64,000 bases of DNA from NCBI GenBank assembly GCA_951406725.2, contig OX597824.1:86862001-86926000 (forward strand), given 5' to 3'. Within the stretch, counting starts at the first letter, position 1, and each line of letters starts with the position of its first letter. The DNA is from Octopus vulgaris. Its lineage: Eukaryota. Below, one piece after another: positions 53,378-64,000 of this stretch. The translations under genes were made by a program, and so were the position numbers. Under the pieces are notes generated by a model that saw only the letters and a program-made list of their open reading frames with translations, searched no databases and was not told the DNA's origin.

Positions 53378-53736
53378 AATATAAACAGGATATTCTGTTG
53401 TGTCTGGGGAGAGTCATTTTCTTTTTGTACCTTATAATGTAACACACTCACCGGTAAAATTTCCACTTTTTTTCTTATTTTTATTGTCTTAAAATTTTTG
53501 TTGCATCTTGCAACCTTTTCAATAGTTTTGAGTCAAAACTATTGAAAAGGTTGCAAGATGCAACAAAAATTTTAAGACAATAAAAATAAGGAAAAAAAGT
53601 GGAAATTTTACCGGTGAGTGTGTTATAAGGCACAAAAAGAAAATGACTCTCCAGACACAACAGAATATGCTTCAACACACGAACTCATATAAAGAATCTT
53701 GCAAACCAAATCCAAAAACGAAATATAAACAGGATA
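53378..53736. mobile_element. Fold-back element (Penelope-like terminal sequence) with 15-bp flanking direct repeat
   Basis: Near-perfect palindrome centred at 53532 with arms of ~140 bp; AATATAAACAGGATA at 53378-92 and 53722-36. Confidence 0.7.
53539..53575 (+). ncRNA. Hammerhead-like motif with U3-A8 core pair (mirror copy ~53489-53525 on -)
   Basis: CTA-TTGAAAA-G-GTTGC(aagat)GCAAC-AAAA-ATTT-TAA. G12 reads A, consistent with CpG decay of ...CGAAA; palindromic AAAAUUUU at stem III. Confidence 0.45.
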
Positions 53737-53874
53737 CATAACACATAAACACTGTTTTATAACATTTATTTGACACATATGTATGTTAATTATACTTTTT
53801 TTTTTTTTGTGAAAATGAATTTTTGTATTTTTTTGCCATTTTTTAAAAACGATTTTTTCTTTCCAATTAACCAG

Positions 53875-54006
53875 AAACAAATCCATGCGGTCAGAATAAT
53901 GGCGGATGTTCTCACCTGTGTCTAATGTCTCCTCAAGCACCTTTTTACTCTTGTGCATGTCCGACGGGAATTCGTATTCATGAAAACGGCCAAACTTGTC
54001 CTGGCA
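53875..54006 (+). CDS. LRP6: LRP5/6 exon: EGF-like domain 1 (not in the ORF track)
   Basis: Acceptor ccag ends at 53874, donor gtgagt at 54007; 132 nt, phase 1/1. (K)[43 protein letters not shown], a six-Cys EGF module matching LRP5/6 EGF1. Confidence 0.96.
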
Positions 54007-56468
54007 GTGAGTTTTTTTTGCTGATGTACAATCTATGTATATAGTTTGTAATTGTAATTGTATTTTCTATTGATTAATTAATCAATCAATCAATCAATTA
54101 ATTAACACATGCTAGTATTTATTTACAGAGATACTTGTTTGTATAGTTTACGGTATGAAAGTCTTTTGCTACAACTTTGTTTTTTAGCATATACAATACA
54201 GAACCGAGATATTATCACAAAGGAATGGTAAAAGGCTTAATAAATAACAGCATCATCATTATCATCATCATCGTCATCGTCGTCGTGGTTTAACGTCCAC
54301 TTTCCATGCTAGCATGGATCTGACGATTTGGCGAACCAGATGGCTGCACCAGGTTCCACTCAGCTAGATCAGATTGGAGCCTGGGGCAGCCATCTGGTTC
54401 GCCAGACCTCAGTCAAATCGTCCAACCCATGCTAGCATGGAAAGCGGACGTTAAACGATGATGATGATTATGATGATGATGGGACAATTTGTGTGTCCAT
54501 ACTGTGGATTTCCGCTTGCACTTTGAGACAAAAATTCACAAGTCTAGGCTCGTACAGCAAATTTCTCGTACAATAGCACACTCGTACTGCGAGGTTCTGC
54601 TGTAATTCTATTTTATAGTTACTCTTACTCTTTTACTTGTTTCAGTCATTTGACTGCGGCCGTGCTGGAGCACTGCCTTTTAGTCGAGCAAATCGACCCC
54701 CAGGATTTATTCTTCGGAAGCCTAGTACTTGTTGTATCGGTCTCTTTTGCCGAACCGCTAAGTTACGGGGACGTAAACACACCAGCATTAGTTGTCAAGC
54801 GATGTTGTTGGGGTGCAAGCACAGACACACAAACACACATATACATACATATATATACATATATACGACAGGCTTCTTTCAGTTTCCGTCTACCAAATCC
54901 ACTCACAAGGCATTGGTCAGCCTGGGGCTATAGCAGAAGACACTTGCCCAAGATGCCACGGTGGCACATAAAAAGCACCATTTGAGCATGGCTGTTGCCA
55001 GTACCACTTGACTGGCCCTCGTGCCGGTGGCATGTAAAAGCACCCACTACACTCTCGGAGTGGTTGGCGTTAGGAAGGGCATCCAGCTGTAGAAACTCTG
55101 CCAGATCAGATTGGAGCCTGGTGCAGCCATCTGGTTCGCCAGATCCCAGTCAAATCGTCCAACCCATACTAGCATGGAAAGCGGACGTTAAACGATGAAT
55201 GATGATAATGATGATGGGACAATTTGTGTGTCCATACTGTGGATTTCCGTTAGTATTATTATTATTATTATTATTATTAGTTATTGTTATTATGTTTAAG
55301 CTGGCAGAACTGTTAGCATGCCGGGTAAAATGCTTAGCAGTATTTTGTCCATCCTTACATTCTGAGTTCAAATTCTACTACGGTCGACTTTGCCTTTCAT
55401 CCTTTCGAAGTGTGAAATATTGTCTGGCCATGAGGAAATATTCCCTTGCTGGGAAACAGGAAGGGTAGCTGACTGTAGAAAATTTGCTTTGGTAAACTCT
55501 ATCCCTCCCATGCAAGCATCTAAAACATGGACCTTAAAACAATGATGGGTGAGAGGCAAATTTTAGCCAACTTTAAAAAGCATTTGATGATGAAATTAAT
55601 TAATTGCAATTAATTGATGACAGTATCAAGTTAAAAAGGTAATTAGTTGGGGGGGGGGGGGGTTCATCATAATTCTGCAAATAATTGAATATATTCATTG
55701 AAGAACAGTTGTGAGATCTTTTTATTAAGGCTTATATATTTTTATATCACAATGAATAGTTCTATCTTCTGTTAGTTTCAAATTTTGGCTGAAGGCCACA
55801 AATTTCAGGTGAGTGGTTAAGTCGATTACATCGACCCTGTTGCTCTTCTGGTACTTATTTTATCGACCCTGAAAGTATGAAAGTCAAAGTCGACCCCTGC
55901 TGAATTTGGACTCGGAATATACTTCTGTTTTACATTGAAAGTTATTTTTGCCGTCTCTTTTATGAATGCTCAGTTGTTTACCAAGGGAGGTAATCCGTAA
56001 ATCTGTGCGCGCATGCGTGTGTGTATAGGCAGGTAGATAGGTAGTTTGGTAGATGAATAGTTAGATTGATTTCACTCAGTTAATTGTACTTATCCACGAT
56101 AAGAAAGAACTCAATGCTACAAAAAAGAGTAGGTATATGTGGTGTTTATTGTCTTAGAACATGATGTCTCATAGATGATGTGTGTGGGGTGTATACACAA
56201 TGGAATATAAGAAAAATATGCTTGAAATTCAATCAATTTTATCTTTTATTTATAGTGTTTAAACCGGCCATATCTGGCCCAAATATTCTATATATTTTAT
56301 ATTCAAACTGGCCATATCTAGCCTCTCACACCTAACCTATAGTGACACTCTAAAAATAAACAATCATATCGTTGAAACCTCAAAGCTATAACATAATGCA
56401 TGATTAATTCAAAACAATTTGAGTGAAAAGTATTACATTTAATAGAGAAATTTGAACACCAAAGGGTT

Positions 56469-56797
56469 AAACAATTGTAGCATAGAAGGTGTTTACAAGC
56501 CATAGAAATACACACAAAAACCATTAGATTCACTTCAAAATTTAAATTTAATTTGTGTCAAAATATTTTTGTCGCTTTGAGACCACAAAATTCTGTTCTG
56601 CATTTTGTCAGTGAACAGGTTGCAGTTTCAAAGCAACAGAAATATTTTGACACAAATTAAATTTAAATGTTGAAGTGAATCTTAACGGTTTTTGTGTGTT
56701 TTTATATGGCTTGTAAACACCTATGCTGCAATTGTTTTGTTTTTTTTCAGCACACGATCTCAGATCAAGTCACTTGCTATGCAAGTACATCTCCGTA
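56469..56797. mobile_element. Fold-back element (Penelope-like terminal sequence); related copy split at 51816-51922 and 52163-52240
   Basis: Inverted arms ~56469-56585 and ~56623-56737; the tail cagcacacgatctcagatcaagtcacttgctatgcaagtacatctccgtaa is shared with 52190-52240. Confidence 0.7.
56606..56652 (+). ncRNA. Hammerhead-like motif with G3-C8 core pair
   Basis: TGTCA-GTGAACA-G-GTTGC(agtttcaaa)GCAAC-AGAA-ATAT-TT-TGACA. The sister copy at 51820-51839 keeps GCAAC-GAAA-ATAT-TT-TGACA. Confidence 0.5.
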
Positions 56798-56907
56798 ATA
56801 TTTGTTTTATTTATTTCTCATTAAACTACATTAATGTCCTTTTATTAAATCTTTATTAATTTCTTTTTTTGTTGTTTGCTAATACAAAATTCTTGTGTAT
56901 CAAACAG

Positions 56908-57103
56908 GTCAAGAAATAGTGGTCAGCACTGAAGTGAAACATCCTGACGGTGTGGCAGTTGATTGGATAGGGCGTAATTTGTACTGGACTGATACAGGGA
57001 CAGATCGTATTGAAGTTTGCCGCTTGAATGGAACATCGCGCAAGGTGCTTATATCAGAAGGACTGGCTGAACCGAGGGCTATTTGTCTTGATCCCATTCG
57101 AGG
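56908..57103 (+). CDS. LRP6: LRP5/6 exon: middle of propeller 2
   Basis: Acceptor aacag ends at 56907, donor gtaaat at 57104, phases 1/2. [65 protein letters not shown]. Confidence 0.96.
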
Positions 57104-58924
57104 GTAAATAGAAACTTTGATTTATTTGTCAACTGTTTAGCCTTTACCACAATTTTAAAACAATTATCCTTCATTTTACTCTTTACTCTTCTACTTGTTT
57201 CAGTCATTTGACTGTGGCCATGCTGGAGCACTGCCTTTTAGTCGAGCAAATCGACCCCCAGGACTTATTCTTCGGAAGCCTAGTACTTATTCTATCGGTC
57301 TCTTTTGCCAAACCGCTAAGTTACGGGGACGTAAACACACCACCATCGGTTGTCAAGCGATGTTGTTGGGGTGCAAACGCAGACACACAAACACATACAT
57401 ATACATATATACGACAGGCTTCTTTCAGTTTCCGTCTACCAAATCCACTCACAAGGCTTTAGTCAGCCCAAGGCTATATTGGAAGACACTTGCCCAAGGT
57501 GCCATGCAGTGGGACTGAACCCGGAACCATGTGGTTGGTAAGCAAGCTACTTACCACACAGCCATTCCTGCGCCATTTTGTTCATGAAATTTCTTTAACT
57601 TTTTAGCTTTCAGATTCCTCTGTCAAATGTAATACTTATTTATTCACATTATTTTGAATTAATCATGCATTATTTTGCAGCTTTGACATTTTCATGAGGT
57701 GATTGTTTATTTGTAAAATGACACTGTAGGATAGGTGTAAAAGGCCAGATCTGAGCTGTTTGAAGATAAAACAAGTAGAATATTTTGGTCAGACATGGAC
57801 AGTTTAAATGCCATATGGGTTAAATTGACCATACCAGATGCAAATATTTTACTTGTTTTATGTTCAAACTGACCATATCTGGCCTCTCACACCTACCCTA
57901 CAATGTCATTCTAAAAGTGTATATTCACATTGTAGAAGTCTTGAAGCTACAAGATAATGCATGATTAATTCAAAACAATGTGAATAAATGTTACATTTTA
58001 TACAGTTATCTGAATGCTAAAGCATTAATTACTAGAAATTCTTTAGCAATTTGATTAAAACGTATTCACCACTGTTGGGGTGGGTTCCATCTCCCTCTGA
58101 TTTATAGATGCTGTTGTAAACAGTACATCCATAAGAGATATTATTTCTGGATGGCTTCTGCAGGAAATGTTTGCCTATAACAATGTACTTACAATGAATA
58201 TGATACATAAATGACTAAGAATTACAACCGTGTTTCGTGGTCTGCTACCACAACAGCTCCTTTATAGGATCCAGTTAGCCTTCATTTTTAGACATCATCA
58301 GGAGGAACCACGTCAGGTTTCGACCCCTACTCCTCTACCGTTTTGACATGGCGGGGGCCCTCCCTTTCGGAGGTGTCTTCAGCTTTGGTGTTGGGTGCAT
58401 GTCTTCTTTCTTCTGTTCCCTGGCCACTTCGATGTATCGTCAGCGAGTGTCAGCCAGTGACTGACTGTCTTGTCAAATTTTTCCCTTTAAATACCTGCCG
58501 CATAGGCTCCAGCAGGCAGTCCCAGCAAGTTCTCACGTGACTCTGTCCCACCTTAACTGACTAGTGAAGGCGCGTAGTTTTAGCCCGCGCTTTTTCTAAA
58601 ATCTAAAACTTCTTCTGTTGCCTACAACGGATTTTTATTCAGCTGTGTAGCTACCAGCAACACCAATGATTTCTTTTCATTGTTTATGTATATGTCTTTG
58701 GTGAGAGATTTCACTTAAGAATCCTGTCGGAGGGTATGGGTTATTGATAATGCCTAACGAGGCTGAAATGTATCTAACATTATCATTTGCTGCTGCTGGG
58801 ATGAGTTCAGCCTCCCTCTGATATGAGGGGAGCTGGAAAGTTCCTGGCTTTGCGTAAAAGAAAATACAGGAAGATCAGTTAATTATGATTTTATTCAGCA
58901 TATTCCCCTCTTAGATTCACATAC

Positions 58925-59320
58925 TTATTACTTACTTGTACTTGTGGCAACATTCACCCTGGGCGGGTTGAGTCGGCTTCTTCTACCATGGAAGAAGTTT
59001 CGTGGGAATATGTGGATTTAACAAGCAGTCCCCAACAATCCAGTATGTAGAGACATCCTGTTTGCCGCAGATTATCCTCAGACGCAGGGACAGAACGACC
59101 GAGGAGCTGCTGGTTGCCGAAACAGACACTCCGAGGATTTTAGATGCTGTTGTACCAGAGCCCCGTCTGCCGGGTTGTGGCCCTAATATTTCTCGGTGTC
59201 AGACCAATCCGCCTTGGGTGGCCCTACCAGGTAACTGAAGTTCCCGACGGCATAGCTCTGACACTACCCGGTTGCCAGCGTCCCCACCACAGTGAGGAGG
59301 GGATGGACTTTGGGGACGCG
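58925..59320 (-). mobile_element. Short non-autonomous RTE-type element (5' UTR plus 3' end)
   Basis: GC-rich island; the minus strand has GAGCTATGCCGTCGGGA...CCTGGTAGGGCCACCCA, typical of RTE 5' UTRs, and ends in an (AAGT)n tail. Confidence 0.5.
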
Positions 59321-59719
59321 ATATTTATTGTTGCGATCCTTCAGTTTTTCTAATCCCTGTAAAAGAACTTGGAAGGTTAAGCCTCCACCCGGGCCTTTTG
59401 TGATACCCTTAAAGTCAGGAACTTTTCAGCGCCCCCTCATATATACATCATTTTGTGTTTTTAAACACAGCACATCCATAGGATATGCTATCTTCTGATG
59501 AATATAGCAGTAAATTTTGTGTGTCACAATGTATTTACATTTAGTATGATAGACAATTGGCTTTATGTGTTAATGTTTTGGCAATTATTGTATGGTGTGT
59601 ATTCAACTTCAGTGTTGGCTAAAATTTTTCAGTTGTGGTTTTTTTTATTTTGATATTATTTACTTAGGTATTGTTTCTATTGTGCACTTTTCATCTTTAT
59701 CGCCTTTCCTAAATTGCAG

Positions 59720-59970
59720 GCATATGTACTGGACTGATTGGGGAACCACTCCAAAGATAGAAAGGGCCAACATGGATGGCTCTGAACGAGTAGCTCTGAT
59801 TAATTCTTCATTAGGCTGGCCAAATGGTGTTGCTATTGACTACCACGAGAAGAAGCTTTATTGGGGAGATGCTAAAACAGACATGATTGAATTCTCCAAC
59901 CTTGATGGAACTAATAGAGTTGTTCTTGTATCAAATGATTTACCTCATATATTTGGATTCAGTTTACTAG
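59720..59970 (+). CDS. LRP6: LRP5/6 exon: propeller 2 continued
   Basis: Acceptor ttgcag ends at 59719, donor gtgagt at 59971, phases 2/1. [20 protein letters not shown]...[11 protein letters not shown]...LYWGDAKTD...[10 protein letters not shown]. Confidence 0.97.
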
Positions 59971-61744
59971 GTGAGTTGGATTTTCACTTTGGTTCTTACC
60001 ATCTTTTATAGCATCCTATGTGCTGTATGATGATGCTGTAGAATATATCTTTTTATTTTGTAGCTTTTACTTGTCTCAGTCATTGGACTGTGGCTATCTG
60101 AGGGCACAAAAAATCAAATGGAAATTGTAGTTGTGATACCTGTGCTAGTGGCTCATAAAAAGCACCATCCGAACGTGGCCGATGTCAGCGCCGCCTTGAC
60201 AGGCTTCCATGCCAGTGGCACGTAAAAAGCACCAACCAATCGTGGCCGTTGCCAGCCTCGCCTGGCACCTGTGGAAGTGGCACATAAAAAGCACCCACTA
60301 CACTCATGGAGTGGTTGGCATTAGGAAGGGCATCTGGCTGTAGAAACACTGCCAGATCAGACTGGAGCCTGGTGCAGCCTCCTGGCTTCCCAGACCCCGG
60401 TCAAACCATCCAACCCATGCTGGCATGGAAAACGGATGTTAAACGATGATGATGATGACCCCTAGCATTTATTCTTATTAATCTCTTTTACCAAAAGTAC
60501 AAAGCTACAGGGATGTCAACAAACCAATATTAGTTGTCAAGTGCTGGTGACATGAAAAAAGCACCCAGTATATGCTGTTAAATGGTTGACATTAGGAAGG
60601 GCAACCTGCTTTTAGAAACTATGCCAAAGCAGACACTAGAGCATGACAAAATCCTTGAGCCCATTTGGTCTTGTCAAACTGTCCAACCTATGCCAGCATG
60701 AAACATAAACGTTAAACAATACTGCTGATGATGATACAGCAGGATTCTGCACAGTTTCTGTCTACTCAATTCACTCATAGGGCATTGGTCATCCTGAGGC
60801 TGTAGTAGAAGGTACTTGTCCAAGTTGCCATGCAGTGGGACTGAACCTGAAACCATGTGATTGCAAAACAAGCTTCTTAACCACACAGCTCATGCCTGTA
60901 TCTGAAATGATATGCAACCACTTAAGAGTGTACAGTGTACTTTTCATGTAGCTCTGACATCAGTGAGGTTACCAAACATCTTGCAAGACAAGATCCCTCA
61001 ACTGAGATGAGTGAATAGTTATTTCTTTACTACCCACAAGGGCCTTAAATAAGTATAAAAATATAAATTTCTTTACTACCCACAAGGGGCTAAACAGAGG
61101 GGACAAACAAGGACAGACAAACGGATTGTTGATTACATCGACCCCAGTGCGTAACTGGTACTTAATTTATCGACCCCGAAAGGATGAAAGGTAAAGTCGA
61201 CCTCGGCGGAATTTGAACTCAGAACGTAACGGCAGACAAAATACAGCTATGCATTTCGCCCGGCGTGCTAACGTTTCTGCCAGCTCACCGCCTTAAATGT
61301 GTATAAAAATATAAATTTCTTTACTACCCACAAAGGGCTAAACAGAGGGGACAAACAAGGACAGACAAACGGATTAAGTTGATTACATTGACCCTAGTGC
61401 GTAACTGGTACTTAATTTATCGACCCCAAAAGGATGAAAAGTAAAGTCGACCTCGGCAGAATTTGAACTCAGAACGTAATGCCAGACAAAATACCGCTAA
61501 GCATTTCGCCCAGCGTGCTAATGAGTGGCTAGTATCGAGAGGGAGGTGGGTTTGTGCCAGATGATGAGAGGTTAAAGTCCATTTTAAGGACAGGAATAGG
61601 TGTGTTCCTGTAGAGGAGATACGTGGCTACCTTAGCTACCCTAATTAGCAAAGAGGGAAGATGATTGTGTAGCTGCATTGGGATGTACCCTCAAACGATA
61701 TTGTATAGCTGGTACTTAACCTAACCATTTTTACTGTTTGCCAG

Positions 61745-61885
61745 GTGACTATGTATACTGGACTGATTGGCAAAGGCGATCCATTGAACGTGTGCATAAA
61801 CTTACAGGTGGAAAACGTCAAGTAATTATTGACCAGCTTCCAGATTTGATGGGACTGAAGGCAGTGAGCATGCACCAAGTTGAAG
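61745..61885 (+). CDS. LRP6: LRP5/6 exon: end of propeller 2
   Basis: Acceptor ccag ends at 61744, donor gtaagg at 61886, phase 1/1. [47 protein letters not shown]. Confidence 0.96.
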
Positions 61886-62113
61886 GTAAGGCTTCGTTTG
61901 GTTTCTCATTTTGTAATATTTCAATTATTCAAATCAGTCGTCTTATCTATTTTCATGTTTCTGTTTCATTTCCATGAATTATTTGGTATAATTTCTCTTT
62001 TAATTACATAAGTAATTAAAGTAGAGCATTGTAGTACAGAATTGAATTTTAAAAAATGAATGGAATAAGGAATGAGGAAAGCTTCTAACAATGCGGGAAG
62101 TTTAAAAAAAAAC

Positions 62114-62534
62114 GGTTCTTTTCGGTTTGACCGGCCGTTTTTAACATAATTTCCACGTAACTAAACACTTTTAAACTTTGTATACTGGTAGAATGTGTTT
62201 ATAAAACATCTTTTTCTCTTGGCTTTATTGAGAAAATTCTATAGTTTGTAAGATATTTGTTGTTTTTTTTCTTCAATTTCTGCAATTTCAACCAATCACT
62301 GACATCTATTGAGGTGAAAACATTCTGTGCCGTATGAATATGTCCCTCGTTTAAGAAACAGATTGGGTTTATTTATATTTCTGAGGAAAAAAAAGATACC
62401 CTTCCTTCCACCCCTAACCCTAGGTAACCCTAAAACAGATTGAAATGCAATAGATCGATACTAGGGTCATAATTATGGGTGACAATTTCATATGACACCG
62501 CTAGAAAAAATTGCTGTTCAAACCAAAAAGATCC
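62114..62534 (+). mobile_element. Second copy of the (CCCTAA)n-containing MITE
   Basis: Colinear with 38924-39356; AAAAAAAAC flanks both sides. Confidence 0.85.
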
Positions 62535-63608
62535 AAAAAAAACTTTTATATTTCGGGAACAAAGGCCTATCTTCAGAGGAATATAGTCAAAGAAATGTGT
62601 ATTTACATAGATCTTGCCATTTCTTTATTTCTCATATCACCTGTGCTGGTGGCATGTGAAAAAACATTTGAGGGAGGTTGTTGCCAGTACCACTGGACTG
62701 GCTCCTGTGCAGGTGGCACATAGAAAGCGCCATTTGAGCGTGGCCGTTGCCAGTACCGCCTGACTGGCCCTCATGCCTGTGGCACGTAAAAGCACCCACT
62801 ACAGTCTCGGAGTAGTTAGCTTTAGGAAGGGCATCCAGCTGTAGAAATTCTGCCAGATCTGATTGGAACCTGGTGCAGCCATCTGGTTCGCCAGACCTCA
62901 GTCAAATCGTCCAACCCATGCCAGCATGGAAAGTGGGCGTTAAACGATGATGATTTATTTATTTTTCTACAACATAAGCATTTAATTTTGAATTGTTAAT
63001 ATATTTCATAATGAAAATGTAATAACTCCAATAGTATAAGAAAATTAATGCAATTACATTAAACTTATAATGTCCAGTCTTGAGGATATTGTTTGGACCT
63101 TACAAGGAAAAGCTAATGCTCATCAGAGTGAAAAACAAGAGCATATAATATAAACAAAAATAATAAAATAAATATATGCGTCCTTTTAAAGCCTAGCCAG
63201 GCTCATGGGCCCAGTTTCCCGGTTTCTATGGCTTATGTGTTCCCCCCAGCTGGACGGGACGCCAGTCCATCGCAGCGTTACTCATTTTTGCCGGCTGAGT
63301 GGACTGGAGCAACGTGAAATGAAGTGTTTTGCTCAAGAACACAATGTGTAGCCCGGTCCAGGAATCGAAATCACAATCTTACGATCATGATGCTGACACC
63401 CTAACCACTAAGCCACGTGCTTCCACCAAGTCACATTTAGCAGTTTTTAATAATAAGGAAAAGTTGAAAGCTGCGTTATTGAATGAATAATGGTCCTATT
63501 GATAATACTTGATACAATTTAACATTGTTTCAATAACGGCTATAAATAATTTCTGTATTTTTATAGCAAAATGTTTAAATTATATTGTAATGCTTTTTTT
63601 ATTTTCAG

Positions 63609-63907
63609 GAACTAATGGTTGTGTTGAAAACAATGGCGGTTGTAGTCATCTATGTTTAAATACATTCCCAAAGGGTCCCGTGTGTGCATGTCCTACTGGG
63701 ATTTTCTTTGAGCTTCTTGATGATGAGAAAACCTGTGTAGTTCCTGATGGATTCCTTCTGTTCTCTCGAAAAGAAGATATTCGCCGTATCTCACTCGAAA
63801 CTAACCACAATGATGTGTTAATTCCCATCCAGTCAGTTAAAGATGCACACTCCCTGGATTTTGATAACAGTGATAATAGGATATATTGGACAGATGCTTC
63901 ACTTAAA
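63609..63907 (+). CDS. LRP6: LRP5/6 exon: EGF2 and start of propeller 3 (not in the ORF track)
   Basis: Acceptor ttttcag ends at 63608, donor gtatgt at 63908, phases 1/0. [73 protein letters not shown]...IYWTDASLK. Confidence 0.96.
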
Positions 63908-64000
63908 GTATGTATCTTGTATAATGAAGACCTTTTTTTTTTTTCCTTTTTTCCTTTCTTTTATGATTTACCTCCTACTAACAAAAAGCAAAGCAGTTTA

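Noticed and set aside
53623-53958. 111-aa minus-strand [23 protein letters not shown]...
   Set aside because: Antisense shadow of the LRP5/6 EGF1 exon.
58205-58320. Minus-strand CTGATGA and GTGGT/ACCAC-GAAAC
   Set aside because: The two core halves are separated by ~40 nt that I could not fold into stem II, and there is no stem I.
58746-58784. GATAATG-CCTAACGAGGCTGAAATGTATC-TAACATTATC hairpin resembling a hammerhead
   Set aside because: G5 is absent and stem II is too short; could be chance.

Overview
AT-rich, repeat-saturated eukaryotic genomic DNA. The (TA)n/(CA)n load and the SINE/RTE repertoire are typical of an Octopus (cephalopod) genome; this species call is an inference. The only host gene is an LRP5/6 (arrow-like) Wnt co-receptor on the + strand. 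Seven GT-AG exons (24961-63907) with consistent phases encode YWTD propeller 1, EGF1, most of propeller 2, EGF2 and the start of propeller 3. The signal-peptide exon was not found and the gene runs off the right end. The ~66-codon segment that should open propeller 2 could not be found between the EGF1 exon and the next exon, and that intron carries rearrangement scars. Introns are filled with tRNA-derived SINEs, RTE and CR1-like LINE fragments, mariner/maT/pogo/piggyBac MITEs, Helitrons and satellites. The most interesting signal is a set of short, often fold-back elements carrying minimal type-I hammerhead ribozyme motifs of the Penelope-like-element kind. They come from several different families, and the core 3:8 base pair appears as C-G, U-A and G-C. 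One element joins a tRNA-like Pol III head to a hammerhead-bearing tail. Almost all long ORFs in the supplied track are microsatellite or SINE artefacts. Repeat boundaries were read by eye and are approximate.
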